64,000 nt of DNA, taken from positions 5,270,001 through 5,334,000 of the forward strand of contig NC_082717.1 in the NCBI RefSeq assembly GCF_030144855.1. The letters are read 5' to 3'. The notes beneath the pieces were generated by a model. The model was not told the DNA's origin. It saw only the letters and a list, made by a program, of their open reading frames with translations, and searched no databases. The DNA is from Hypanus sabinus. Taxonomy: Eukaryota. A program made the translations under genes and the position numbers. Within the stretch, counting starts at the first letter, position 1, and each line of letters begins with the position of its first letter. Shown here in pieces: positions 1 to 11,851 of this stretch.

Positions 1-575
1 TAGTTACTGAGACAGGTCAGCACTCTCTTCTTGGGCACTGATATAATTGAAGCCTGCTTGAAGCAGGTGGATGCCACATGCTGCTGAAGCGAGAGGTTAA
101 AGAGATCGGTGAACACACCAGCCAGCTGGTCACACAGGTTGTCAGTACATGACCAGGTACCCCGTCCATTCCAGATGTTTATTTGGATTTACTCTCCTGA
201 AGGCTGCCTGCACATCAGCTGCAGATACTGAAATCAAAGGATCATCAGGAGCTGTGGGGGCTCGCATGTACTGATGGCCAAAGTGGGCACAAAGACATTG
301 AGCTCATCTGGAAGTGATGCCCCACTGTACCCGACCTTGCTTGACTTAACTTTGTAGGAAGTTATAGCATTCACACCCTGTCAAGCATCCCTCGATGATC
401 TCAGTTTGCTCTGGAATTTTGTTTTGCCTGTGAGATCACTTTCCAGAGATCATACCTGCTCCTCTTGTAGCTTCCCTGGTCTCCAGACCTAAATGCATCT
501 AATCTGGCCATCATCAAATTTCAGATTTCATGGTTCACCCAGAGCTTCTGATTGGTGAAGACTCTGAACTGTTGA
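1..575 (-). mobile_element. Rex1/Babar-type (CR1-group) LINE RT fragment, copy 1 of duplicated block
   Basis: Near-identical to 5721-6295, whose minus-strand continuation translates MFTDLFNLSLQQ...CLKQASIISMPKK...TVMKCFER (RT domains 1-2). Confidence 0.75.
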
Positions 576-599
576 AACCCTGCTGGTTTCCTTGGCTGT

Positions 600-1071
600 G
601 TAAGTCCAGGGAAGACACACTCCAGTCCTGCTAAACCTGTGAGACTGAGACAGCTCTCCCACCCCAAACCCCGGTTTGTGTGGATGCTGTGTAATTTGCC
701 ACCCTGTTACAGGTCAGTGCCAAGAAACAACAGACAGCACACTGCAAACAATTAAAGGAATTATGTTTATGAATCTTAACTAAGAGGATAGTAAAGAAAA
801 TAAATAAAAAAACAAAAAAAGGCCCATGGTGATTAAACAGTTAATCATGAACAAGTTGGAGCTCAATTCATTGATCCTCAGTCAACCTTGGCGCCTGGCT
901 CCATCGAGTCACGATCTCCCCACTGGATCATATCCTAAGACAGTTCTCTCCAGCGTCTTCTCTCTTCACCTCCTGCTGGACAAAGGGCACAGCTCACACT
1001 CCAGAGCACCTGTTATCTCTCACCATAACCCAGCAACTGCTTCTACAGAAAGACCATTATGTTGGCAGTGA
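600..1071. mobile_element. LTR-like dispersed repeat (family also at ~6320-6783, inverted ~25630-26070 and ~60100-60555)
   Basis: Four related copies in the window, A-rich core (AAAGAAAATAAATAAAAAAAC), no coding capacity; termini not resolved. Confidence 0.5.
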
Positions 1072-1079
1072 AACCTTTC

Positions 1080-1650
1080 TCAGGTTGTAACACTATTTAC
1101 TGTGGACGCACCCATCTTCAGCTATTTTAATGAAGTCTGTTACAACCTTGATATATTCACTCCGATGCATAGATGAATACTTGAACACGGTTAAAGCCCT
1201 TCCAAGCAATGAGCACATCTGCTGTATATGAAAGGCTATTGTAGGAAAGCAGCATCCATCATCAGGGACCCTCACCATTTAGGCCATACTCTGTTTTTTC
1301 TTGTTGCCATCAGGTAGAAGTTACAAGAGCCTCAGGCTTCAGACCATCAGGTTCAAAAACAGTTGCCATCCCTCCGTCATCAGGCTTTTGATAAAAGGGA
1401 GTAAGTACACTCCCTTGCCCATACTGAGATGCTATCACAATCAGTGATCTCACCTTAAGGACTCTTTATCTTGTTATTTCATGTTCTCATTATTTATTGC
1501 TGTTTAGTTATATTTGCATTTTTTGTCTTCTGCACTCAACTTGATCTTTCATTAATCCTGTTGTAGTGACTATGCAATCGATTTGCTGAGTATTCCTACG
1601 GGAAGTGAATCTCAGGTTTGTATGTAGTGACACATATGTACTCTAATAAT
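1080..1650 (+). mobile_element. Rex/Babar 3' end with inverted 5' segment
   Basis: 1190-1640 matches the Rex 3' end seen elsewhere in the window (AAAGCAGCATCCATCATCAGGGACCCTCACCAT...); 1080-1185 is the upstream-adjacent part in reverse orientation. Confidence 0.55.
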
Positions 1651-1664
1651 AAAATTCGCTTTGA

Positions 1665-2760
1665 ATTTTGAACTGAAACCATTAATACACTTCCTCTTTC
1701 TGACTAAATTCACCACTTCTCTGAACATCCAAGGTTCTCATACATTTCCGACATTGACCTTCCTCCTTACTGGAACATCCCTGTCCTGTCTGTGCAGTTC
1801 ATCATTAAACATCCTGCACATGTCTGATGTGGACTTGCCCAAAAACAGCTTTTCCCAATCAACTTTTCCAAGTTCTTGCCTAATGGTCTCGTAATTTGCC
1901 CTTGTGCAGTTCAATACTCTCCCACAAGTTTCATGCTCATCATTATCTATAGTTCTGTTAAAACTTGGAGTTGTGGTCACTGTTCCTTAACTGCTCACCA
2001 ACTGAAATGTCAGTCACCTGGCCAGCTCATTACCCAACACAGATGCAGTACAGCCCATCCTCTTGAAGGAATAACCTTGGAAACCCTCCTGCAGACAGCT
2101 CATAAATTTTACTCCATCTGAACCTCTTGCATTTGTCTGCATTAAAGTCCATCTCCCATTTTTCAGCCTTTTTTTCCAGCTGATGTAGATCCTTCTGGAC
2201 TCCAGGATAGCCATCCTCACTGTCCACTGCACCCCCAATATTGGTGTCATCCTCAAATTAGCTGATCCAGTTCATCACATTATCATCCGGTTCTTTGAGA
2301 CAGGTAACAAACAACAAAGGACTAAGCACTGATCCTGCAGCACACCACTGGTCACAAACCTCCAGCAGAGAGGCAACCATCTTCTACCACTCTCTAGCTT
2401 CTCCCCCAGAACCAGTGTCTAATCCAGCTACTGACTTACCTTGAATGCCAAGTGATTGAACCCTCTTGACCAGCCTCCCATGTGGGACCTCGTCAAATGC
2501 CTTCCTGAAGTTCATGTAGACAACATCCACTTTCCCGGTAGCCTCCACAAAAAACTCTAAGATTGGTTAGACATGACCTACCATGCACAAGGCCATGTTC
2601 ACTACTCTTAATCAGTCCATATCTATCCAAATATTTGCATAAACAGTCACTTTGAATACCCTCCAATAACTTCCCTCAACTGATGTCAGACTCACCAGCC
2701 TGGTTTCTGTCTTTCGTAAACAGTGAAACAACAATCATTATCCTCGAATCTCCTGGTACC
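1665..2760 (-). mobile_element. CR1 LINE ORF2 fragments
   Basis: ORFs ...RANYETIRQELGKVDWEKLF (APE-RT linker) and ...QKDLHQLEKKAEKWEMDFNADKC (RT end). Confidence 0.8.
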
Positions 2761-2779
2761 TCTCCTTTTGCCAAAGATG

Positions 2780-3590
2780 TTTTAGGTAGGGCAGTGGATG
2801 TACTGTATATGGAGTTCAGTCGGACATTTGATAAGGTTCCCCAGGGGAGGCTCATTCAGAAAATAATAGAAGGTATGGGATCCAAGAAGACCTTGCTTTG
2901 TGGGTCCAGAATTGGATTGCCACACAAGGCAAAGGCTGGTTGTAGATGGTTCAGATTCTGCATGGAGGAAGGTGACTATTGGTGTTTGGCAGGGATCTGT
3001 TCTGGGAGCCTTCCTCTTTGTGACTTTCATGAATGACCTGGATAAGGGTGTAGAAGGGTGGGTTAGTAAGTTTGCTAATGACACAACCATTGGGGGTATT
3101 ATTTATAGTCTAAGGTTGTCAAAGGTTACAGCAGGCCATTGAAAGGATGTCGAACTGGGCTGAGAAGTGGGAGATGGAGTTCCACCCAGATAAGTGTGAA
3201 GTGGTTCATTATGGTAGGACAACTTTGATAACAGAATATAGTATAAATGATAAGTCTCTCAGAAGTGTGGAGGATCAGTGAGATCTCAGGGTCCATATCC
3301 ATGGGACACACAAAGCTGCTGCATAGGTTGACAGTGTTGTTTAGAAGGTGACTGTTGTGCTAGGCTTCATCACACAGAGGATGGTGGATGCATGGAATGC
3401 ACTGCCAAAGAAGATAGTAGATGTGGATACAATAGGGTCTTTTAAGAAACTATTAGATAGGTGATGGAGCTTAGAAAAATTGAGGGCTTTGTGGGAGGGA
3501 AATTCTTGGCAGTTTCTAGCATAGGTTACATTGTCAGCACAACATCGTGGACTGAAGGGCCTGTAATCTGCTGTAGATTTCTACGTTCTA
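2780..3590 (+). mobile_element. CR1 LINE RT 3' fragment with 3' UTR
   Basis: RAVDVLYMEFSRTFDKVPQGRL; GVWQGSVLGAFLFVTFMNDLDKGVEGWVSKFANDT; CR1 tail GGACTGAAGGGCCTGTAATCTGCTGTAGATTTCTACGTTCTATG. Confidence 0.85.
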
Positions 3591-3594
3591 TGTC

Positions 3595-4400
3595 CTAAAT
3601 ATCTCTGTAATTTCTGCACTTGCCTCCCGTAGGGTCTGAGGGAACACCTTGTCAGGCCTTGTGGATTTATCCATCCTGATTTGCCTCAGGGTAGCAAACA
3701 CCTTCTCCTCTGTAATGTGTATAGGATCCATGAAGTTGATTCAATTTTACCTCACTTCTATAAACTCTAAAATTACGGATGCAAAGATTGCTTTTTCAAT
3801 CTCCCCCCATCTGTTTTGGCTCCACATATGGATTACCATTCTGGTCTTCCAGAGGACCAATTTGCCCCTTGTAATTCTTATGGTCTTAACATAACTGGAG
3901 CATCCATAAGAGCATACGATCAAAAACCAAGGTTCCTTAAACTTTTCATCTTTACTTTTAATTCTGACAGACAAATATATGCAAGCTTTGTGCTCTCAAT
4001 ATTTCGTTGTTGAAGGTCTTCCACATTCTGACTGCTCCTTTACCAGAAAACGGCCTGTCCCAATCTGCACTTTCCAGATCATTTCTGATTCCATTAGAAA
4101 TGGCCTTTCACCAATTTCAAATCACAACCTGCAGACTAGACTCATCTTTTTGCATATTTACTTTACAATTAATGATGCAGTGATGTCTAGATACCAAGTG
4201 TTCCCCTCCAGAAACTTCTGCCTCTCAAATGTAGAGACCAGAACTGCACACAGTACTCCAGGTGTGGCCTCACCAGTCCCCTGTATAGTTGCAGCATGAC
4301 CTCCCTGCTCTTGAATTCAATCCCTCTAGCAATGAAGGCCAACATTCCATTTGCCTTCTTAATAACCTGTTGTACCTACAGTTCAACTTTTTGCGATCTA
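3595..4400 (-). mobile_element. CR1 LINE fragments
   Basis: MSVRIKSKDEKFKEPWF...; reverse complement of CR1 ORF2 linker and RT end. Confidence 0.7.
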
Positions 4401-6295
4401 ACTTGTTGTACCTGTTAGCCAACTTATTGAGATTGTAAACAATAAACAGTCCACTGTCCTAGTGATGAGACATCGGGGTGACACATCAGTAGTCTCACAA
4501 CCTGAGAGAAGAAGCTGTTACCCAGTCTGACGGTCCTAGTCCTGATGCTCCTGTACATCCTTCCTGATGGCAGTGAGTCAGAGATTGTGGGTTGGGTGGT
4601 GGAGTCCCTTAACAGTGCGTCAGGCCTTTTGTCCACAATGCTCTTGTTAAATATGCAAGCAGAGCAGTGTGATATGTAGAGCAAGCTGCTGCACGTGTAT
4701 CAGTCTCCCCATCTCCACATCGTATGTACACGATGTATAGAATGCCTTGGGTTTCCCTTTAATCCTCCTTGTCAAAGACTTTTCATGGCCCTTCATGGCT
4801 CTCCTCATCCTCTTCTTGAATTCTTCTCCATGTTCTTTATAATTGTCAAGGTTTTTGTTTGATGTTAGTTCCTTACCCATGATGTACTGGGCCGATCCAT
4901 TACCATTTGTAGGATTTTCCTTTCAAAGGGTTTTCCTTTCGTGTTTCCATACCAGACTGTGATATAGCCTGTTGTCAATATACTGTCCACTACACATCTA
5001 TAGAAGTTTGCCAAAGTTTTTGATGTTATGTCGAATTTCTGTAGATTCCTAACGAAGTAGAGGTTCAGCCTTGCTCTCCTCACAAATACACTTAATGTGA
5101 TGGGTCCAGGAGAGGTCCTCTGAAATGATAACACTAAGGAGTTTAAAGCTGCTAACCATCTCCACCTCTGATTGTCCAGTGAGGACTGGTTCATGGACTT
5201 CTGGTTTCCCTCTCCTGAAGGCTACACTCAGTTCTTTGGTCTTGTTAACATTGAGTGAGAGGTTGTTGTTATGACACCACTTAGCCAGATTGTCAGACTC
5301 CCTCCTGCACGCTGGTTCGTTTGGTACAGCCCACAGGAATGATGTCATCAGCAGAATTGAATATGGCTCTGGAGCTGTGCTTAACCACACAGTCATATGT
5401 GTAAAGCAAGCAGAACCGGCGACTACACACTCTCATGGAGGAGATGTTTTTGCCAATCTGAAATGGAAATGGTCTAGAAATGGGGAAATCTAATTGCAAA
5501 AGCTGGTTGTGAGGCCAAGGGTTGCAGCTTATTGATTACTTTTGAGGGGATGGTGGTATTAAATGCTGAGCTGTAATTGAGAAAGGTCATACTGATGTAT
5601 GCATCTTTGCTGTCCAAATGTTCCAGGGTTGTGTGAAGAGCCAATGAGACAGCATCTGCTCTGGACATGTTGCTCCTCTCAAAACACTTCATCACTGTGG
5701 ATGTAAATGTATCTAAGTGGTAGTTACTGAGACAGGTCAGCACTCTCTTCTTGGGCATTGATATAATTGAAGCCTGTTTGAGGCAGGTGGATGCCACATG
5801 CTGCTGAAGCGAGAGGTTAAAGAGATCGGTGAACACACCAGCCAGCTGGTCACACAGGTTGTCAGTACATGACCAGGTACCCCGTCCATTCCAGATGTTT
5901 ATTTGGATTTACTCTCCTGAAGGCTGCCTGCACATCAGCTGCAGATACTGAAATCAAAGGATCATCAGGAGCTGTGGGGGCTCGCATGTACTGATGGCCA
6001 AAGTGGGCACAAAGACATTGAGCTCATCTGGAAGTGATGCCCCACTGTACCCGGCCTTGCTTCGTTTAACTTTGTAGGAAGTTATAGCATTCACACCCTG
6101 TCAAGCATCCCTTGATGATCTCAGTTTGCTCTGGAATTTTGTTTTGCCTGTGAGATCACTTTCCAGAGATCATACCTGCTCCTCTTGTAGCTTCCCTGGT
6201 CTCCAGACCTAAATGTATCTAATCTGGCCGTCATCAAATTTCAGATTTCATGGTTCACCCAGAGCTTCTGATTGGTGAAGACTCTGAACTGTTGA
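4400..6295 (-). mobile_element. Rex1/Babar LINE composite (RT, DUF1891-like C-terminus, 3' end) with embedded CR1 piece at ~4735-4870
   Basis: ORFs 5474-5836, 5049-5396 (WCHNNNLSLNVNKTKEL...FKLLSVIISEDLSWTHH), 4865-5194 (LYFVRNLQKF...FYRCVVDSIL), 4424-4684 (LPSGRMYRSIRTRTVRLGNSFF). Confidence 0.8.
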
Positions 6296-7225
6296 AACCC
6301 TGCTGGTTTCCTTGGCTGTGTAAGTCCAGGGAAGACACACTCCAGTCCTGCCAAACCTGTGAGACTGAGACAGCTCTCCCACCCCAAACCCCGGTTTGTG
6401 TGGATGCTGTGTAATTTGCCACCCTGTTACAGGTCAGTGCCAAGAAACATCAGACAGCACACTGCAAACAATTAAAGGATATGAATCTTAACTAAGAGGA
6501 TAGTAAAGAAAATAAATAAAAAAACAAAAAAAGGCCCATGGTGATTAAACAGTTAATCATGAACAAGTTGGAGCTCAATTCATTGATCCTCAGTCAACCT
6601 TGGCGCCTGGCTCCATCGAGTCACGATCTCCCCACTGAATCCTATCCTAAGACAGTTCTCTCCAGCGTCTTCTCTCTTCACCTCCTGCTGGACAAAGGGC
6701 ACAGCTCACACTCCAGAGCACCTGTTATCTCTCACCATAACCCAGCAACTGCTTCTACAGAAAGACCATTATGTTGGCAGTGAAACCTTTCTCAGGTTGT
6801 AACACTATTTACTGTGGACACACCCATCTTCAGCTATTTTAATGAAGTCTGTTACAACCTTGATATATTCACTCCGATGCATAGATGAATACTTGAACAC
6901 GGGTAAAGCCCTTCCAAGCAATGAGCACATCTGCTGTATATGAACGGCTATTGTAGGAAAGCAGCATCCATCATCAGGGATCCTCACCATTTAGGCCATA
7001 CTCTGTTTTTTCTTGTTGTCATCAGGTAGAAGATACAAGAGCCTCAGGCTTCAGACCATCAGGTTCAAAAACAGTTACGATCCCTCCATCATCAGGCTTT
7101 TGATAAACTCTCTTGCTTGATACACTCCCTTTGATACACTCCCTTGCCGATACTGAGATGCTATCACAATCAGTGATCTCACCTTAAGGACTCTTTATCT
7201 TGTTATTTCATGTTCTTGTTATTTA
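5721..7225 (+). repeat. Direct segmental duplicate of 1-~1495 (offset ~5.71-5.72 kb)
   Basis: TAGTTACTGAGACAGGTCAG at 1 and 5721; ORFs 826/6538 and 1093/6805 almost identical; similarity ends near 1495/7225. Confidence 0.95.
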
Positions 7226-7704
7226 TGACATCCTTCCATTTAAGCAACACCGCCCTCCTAGTTATAAGAGAACTGAGACCTAAAATGTGCAAACTGAATG
7301 TCTCCAAAACAATATCTTTTCCTCCAACAATACCGAAAAAGACAGTCATGTTTTTTGCAGCTGTCAGTTGGCTCTGTTCAAGTTTGTTCCTTCAAATCCC
7401 AGGGACTATTGAGTGGTGCTGTGTGAGCGCATGAGCACCTGTGCACGTGTATCCACTGCGGGTGATGTCATGAATTGCACGTGAGTTTGATTAAAGAGCG
7501 CAGGTCATCAGCCTCACTTTCTCATCCTGGTCTACCTGCATCCCATTGTAAGACTAAAGGCAAGATGACTGGGGAGAGGTCAAGATGCAATGGATGATCT
7601 ATGTGTCTTGCCATGCTCTTTGCGCTCCACAGCACGTGTTGGGAAGCGCCTTCCTGCCCGTTGAACCTGCTGGTAGTTTTGTCCCGGCAGTCTGCCAAAG
7701 CCAC

Positions 7705-7805
7705 TCTTCATGTCCTGACGAAGGGTCTCGGCCCGAAACGTTGACATTGCTTCTCCCTATAGATGCTGCCTAGCCTGTTATGTTCTACCAGCATTTTGTG
7801 TGTGT
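7705..7805 (+). mobile_element. Penelope-like element terminal repeat
   Basis: CCTGACGAAGGGTCTCGGCCCGAAACGTTGAC...GATGCTGCCTAGCCTG...CCAGCATTTTGTGTGTG, characteristic PLE tail. Confidence 0.7.
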
Positions 7806-8009
7806 CTTCATGTGTTTTGTTAGAGAGGCCCAAATTCACCGACGGTTAAAAGGAAGTCATGGAGGGGTTGTCTACGGAGTCTATGTGGATTGCGAGTTCT
7901 TTAGTCTATCCCGAAGACATGACATTTTCCGTGACTGGTGCACTGGTAAGATGTGGTGAGAATGGGTGGGGGTACCTCACTCACCTCAGTCTCCTCAGGA
8001 AGTGAAGGT

Positions 8010-8950
8010 GCTGCTGTGCTCTCTTGGTTAAAGAGGCAGTGCTGAGGGACCAGGTGGGATTGTTATTAATATGCACTCCAAGAAACTTGATGTCCCTGAT
8101 TCTCTCAATGGATGAGCCGTCGATATGCAGTAGGGTGTGGTCAGTTTGTGTCCACAATCATCTCTTTAGTCTTGTCCACGTTGCAACGCAGGTTATTGTG
8201 TTTACACCCACCGACGAACCACTCCACCTCCTCCCTCTCTGCTGTTCATCATTGTTACTGATGAGGCCAACCACTGTTGTGTCGTCAGCAAGCCTATTGA
8301 TGTGTTTAGAACTGGGTTTGGCGGTGCAGTCATACGTTAGCAGCATGAAGTTTAATGGGGTGAGCAGACAGCCCTGGGGGATGCCCGTGCTCTGTGTGAT
8401 GATGTCAGAGATACAGACTGACTACGATCACTTCATCTGGAAGTCCAAGATCCAGTTACACCTAACAGCTTTTGGTGAAATTCTGCATTCTTTAAGTTGA
8501 CGAACACCACTCTGAGAGAGGAGATGCCATTGTCCTGGTGGGACACGACTATATAAAGGATGAACGCTATGGGATTGACAGTGGGACAATGTGATCTAAG
8601 TGCAAAATGGTAGGGGTCCAAAGTGGTGGGACAACTGGTGTAAATACAGCTAATGACCAGTCACTCAAAGCACTTCGTTATTACACAATCAGTGCCTCGG
8701 AATGGTGTTTATTCAGGCAGGACTCATGCAGCTTCTTGGGCACTGGGATGAAGCTGGTGGCCTTGAACCATCTGGAGATGGAGTTCTGATCCAGGGAGAT
8801 GTTAAAGATGTCAGTGAGAACATCTGCTACTTGAGCTGCACAGTCTCTGAGCACACAGACAGGTATGTTGTCAGGCCCTGCAGTTTTACCGGGATCTTCC
8901 TCACATCAGCTGTGGCCAGATAGAATGCCTGCTCCTCGGAGAGAGGGGGC
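8010..8950 (-). mobile_element. Rex1/Babar LINE RT fragments
   Basis: LLTYDCTAKPSSKHINRLADDTTVVGLISNNDE (degenerate FADD motif). Confidence 0.75.
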
Positions 8951-9204
8951 CCTGTCTTGTCTGCATGTTGTGTAGTGCATCAAAGGTTTCTACATGGAGG
9001 ATGTTCAGACTGTCAGACAGAGAGTCATCACAGTCATTGACATTCAGTGTGCCCATTGTGAACTAAATGCTCTGCCACATGTGTCACGTGTCCCTGGTGT
9101 TACCGAAATGGTTGTAGATGTTCAGTGTTCAACTGCCGTATCATCCTATTCTTACCCTCAGTGGCCCGCAGACAGCAATCCAGAGATTACTACCCCTGCG
9201 GTCC

Positions 9205-9390
9205 TTTCAATCTCCTTCCTAACTCTCTGGAGAATAATTATCAGCAATGTCAGTGGCATAGACATCCCGTGAATGGAGAAACACTTTTCAGTTTCCTTCC
9301 TGACTCCCTGGAGAATAATGATCAGCAATGCTAGTGACATCACCAAACCAGGAATGGAGAAATACTTTTCAGTTTCCTTCTAAACTCCCG
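9205..9390 (+). repeat. ~82-bp tandem repeat (2 full + 1 partial unit) containing AGTGACATCA; related single unit at ~12378-12425
   Basis: Units TTCAATCTCCTTCCTAACTCTCTGGAGAATAATTATCAGCAATG... and TTCAGTTTCCTTCCTGACTCCCTGGAGAATAATGATCAGCAATG..., both ending GAATGGAGAAAYACTT. Confidence 0.85.
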
Positions 9391-9599
9391 ATGTTGGCTG
9401 CTCAGTTCAAGTTCAAATTTAATTGTCATTCAGCCACACGCATGAAAACAGCTAAATGAAACCGTGTTCCTCTGGGGCCAAGGTGCAGAACACAGTACCG
9501 ACAGCACACAGCACGTATAGTCATGACAGCAGAACAACATACAGTCCAGTACAACCCAAGTGTCCCAGTGGCATAGTCTGTAAGTTGATGGTCCTGGTC

Positions 9600-9754
9600 C
9601 AGCTTGTCTTCCACTGGACCGATCCTTTTTCACAACAACATTGGTACCAATATATAGCACAATTTGTCTCTGTTCACACTCCCACTTCAGAATGCTGTGG
9701 ATCTGATCTGTGACATCTCTGATGCTAGAATCTTGGAGGCAACATACCTTTCTG
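9600..9754 (+). pseudogene. Possible heavily deleted Ig V-J relic
   Basis: HWYQYIAQFV (9639-), D-I-S-D-A-R, then TTGGAGGCAACATACCTTTCTG followed by a perfect GTGAGT donor at 9755. Confidence 0.25.
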
Positions 9755-9959
9755 GTGAGTTTGCATGAAAATGAAGTTGTAATTAATTCTGAGCAGAGGT
9801 TGGATGAAGAGCTGGTTTGTGTGTGAAAGGAGGTGAGGGAAAGTGGGACGAGTATTGTGGACGTGTAGCATGTAGGCAGGGCAAGTTCACATGGTCCTGT
9901 AGGAAGCAGGTGTTGGACAAAGAGGCTGGGAGATCTGTCCCCACCTGGTGTGAAAGTTT

Positions 9960-11000
9960 AACCCTGGGAATAAAAGGATCCTTTTTGGATTGGTTGCCGG
10001 TGACTAGTGGTGCTTCGTGGGTGGGGGGATTGTTCTGTGTTGGGATCGCTTCTTTTTATGTTATATGTCAATGATTTGGATGATGAAATTTGATGGCTTT
10101 GTGGTGATGTTTGCAGATGATATGAAGATAGGTGGTGGGGCTGGTGCTGTTCAGGAAGCAGGGAGACTGCAGGCGGACTTATATACATTGGGAGAATGGG
10201 CAAAAAAGTGGCAGACGGAATATAGTGTTGGAACGTGTATGGTCATGCACGTTGGTAGAAGAAGTAAAAGCAGAGACTATTTTCCAAACGGGGCAAAAAT
10301 TCAATATTACAATGTGCAAAGATATTTGGAATTCCCTAGAGGTTAATATGTAGGTTCAGTCAATGTTGAGGAAAGTGAAAGAAATGTTTGCATTCATTTC
10401 AAAAGGACTAAAATATCAAAGCAAGAATGTAATGTTGAGTTTGTATAAGGCACTGGGGAGGCCTCACTTGGAGTATTGTGAGCAGTTTGGTGCCACTTAT
10501 TGAAGAAGGATTGTGCTGAAGTTAAAGAGGGTTCTTAGAAGGCTCAAGACAAATATTCTTGGGATAAAAGGGTTATCATATCAGCTATAATTGAAAACTC
10601 TTCACCTGGAATTTAGAAGAATGAGGGTGGATATCTCCGAAACCTATCAAATGTTGAAAGGTCTATATAGAATGGATGTGAAGTGAATGTTTCCTTTGGT
10701 GGGAGAGTCTAGGACAAGAGGGCAGAGCTTCAAAATAGAAGGATGTCCATTTAGAACAGAGATGAGGAGAAATTTCTTTAGCGTTCTGGTGGTGATTCTG
10801 TGGAATTAATTGCCACAGATAGCTGTGGAAGTCAAGTCATTTGGACTACTTAGGACAGAGGTTGATAGGTTCTTGATTAGTCAGGTCATGAAAGGATAAC
10901 AGAAGAGAATGTGGTTGAGAGGGAAATGGATCAGCCATGATGAAATGGTGAGCATACTCGATGGGATAAATGGTCTAATTCTGCTCCTATGTCTTACCGT
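9960..11000 (+). mobile_element. CR1 LINE RT 3' half and 3' UTR
   Basis: GFVVMFADDMKIGGGAG...LQADLYTLGEWAKKWQTEYSVG; CR1 tail GGATAAATGGTCTAATTCTGCTCCTATGTCTTA. Confidence 0.85.
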
Positions 11001-11339
11001 TTTCAGTTTGTACACAGGAAAGGATGCAGAAGTGATTATCAAAGACATTTATGGACTCATACAAAGAACTTGAATTACAAGGAGAATCAGGATACACTGG
11101 GGTGTTTATCGCTGAAATGAAAGAGTCTGATGTGACTGTAGAGGTGTCAAAAATCATGGGGGAGCTAGATAAATTTTACCGTTTTGGAATTTGATCTTTT
11201 TCTCACACATTGGGTGTTTGATGTTTTCTTGAATGGGTTCCATGGTGTTTCACTGTTTAGTGACTGTCTGTGGGAGGATGAATCTCAGAGTTGTATTCTG
11301 TATACATACTTTGAAAATAAATGTACTTTGAATCTTTGA

Positions 11340-11660
11340 TATGGTGGGTGGTCGAAGTCCTTTTCCCAGGGGAGTGCAGTCTGAACTAAAGGGTGTAGGT
11401 TTAAGATGAGAGAAGATTGAATGTGGACCAGAGAGACATGTTTCCCATAGGGAAGGTTGTGTGGATATGGAACAAGCTGTCAGAGGAAGTGGTTGAGGGG
11501 GTACAGTTACAACATTTAAAACACATGAGAAGAAGAACATGGACAGTAAACTTTAGAGGGATTATGGACACAACTCAGGGAAATGGGACCAGTTGAGATA
11601 AATATCTGGTGAGCAGGGACATGTTGGGCAGAATGGCCCATTTCTGTGTTGTACAAGTCC
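11340..11660 (+). mobile_element. CR1 3' end immediately upstream of the V-J gene
   Basis: GTGGATATGGAACAAGCTGTCAGAGGAAGTGGTTGAG...GGGCAGAATGGCCCATTTCTGTGTTGTAC. Confidence 0.7.
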
Positions 11661-11770
11661 TTGACTCTGTCACCCTCAGCCCCGTTTGTTCTTCAGGCCT
11701 GTCTCCAACCCACAGTTCAGCCTGTCAGAACATCAGTGCCAACTGGTCACCACCTGTGGCCAGTCCCACT

Positions 11771-11810
11771 CTGCCCTGGACCAGTTTGGTACTGACGTGG
11801 TATCCCCTGG
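11771..11810 (+). pseudogene. Putative leader exon of the V-J gene (start codon mutated to CTG)
   Basis: (L)PWTSLVLTWYPL-G resembles lambda-type M-x-W-T-x-L-x-L leaders; phase-1 GT at 11811; the implied intron is only 41 nt, suspiciously short. Confidence 0.35.
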
Positions 11811-11851
11811 GTCCGGCTCTTTTCTGACCTTCAGTTGTTTACTGCCCACAG

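Noticed and set aside
7300-7434. KTVMF..VSW...QIPGT as a lambda V relic
   Set aside because: Only scattered residues, no Cys in frame and no splice context; too weak to call.
8660-8710. TISASEW as an IgL constant-domain motif
   Set aside because: It is the reverse complement of the Rex MKCFERLV region.
8949-9020. ALSCL...IKGFYMEDV as a C1-domain start
   Set aside because: Interrupted by a stop, overlaps the end of a Rex fragment, and no W or second Cys motif follows.
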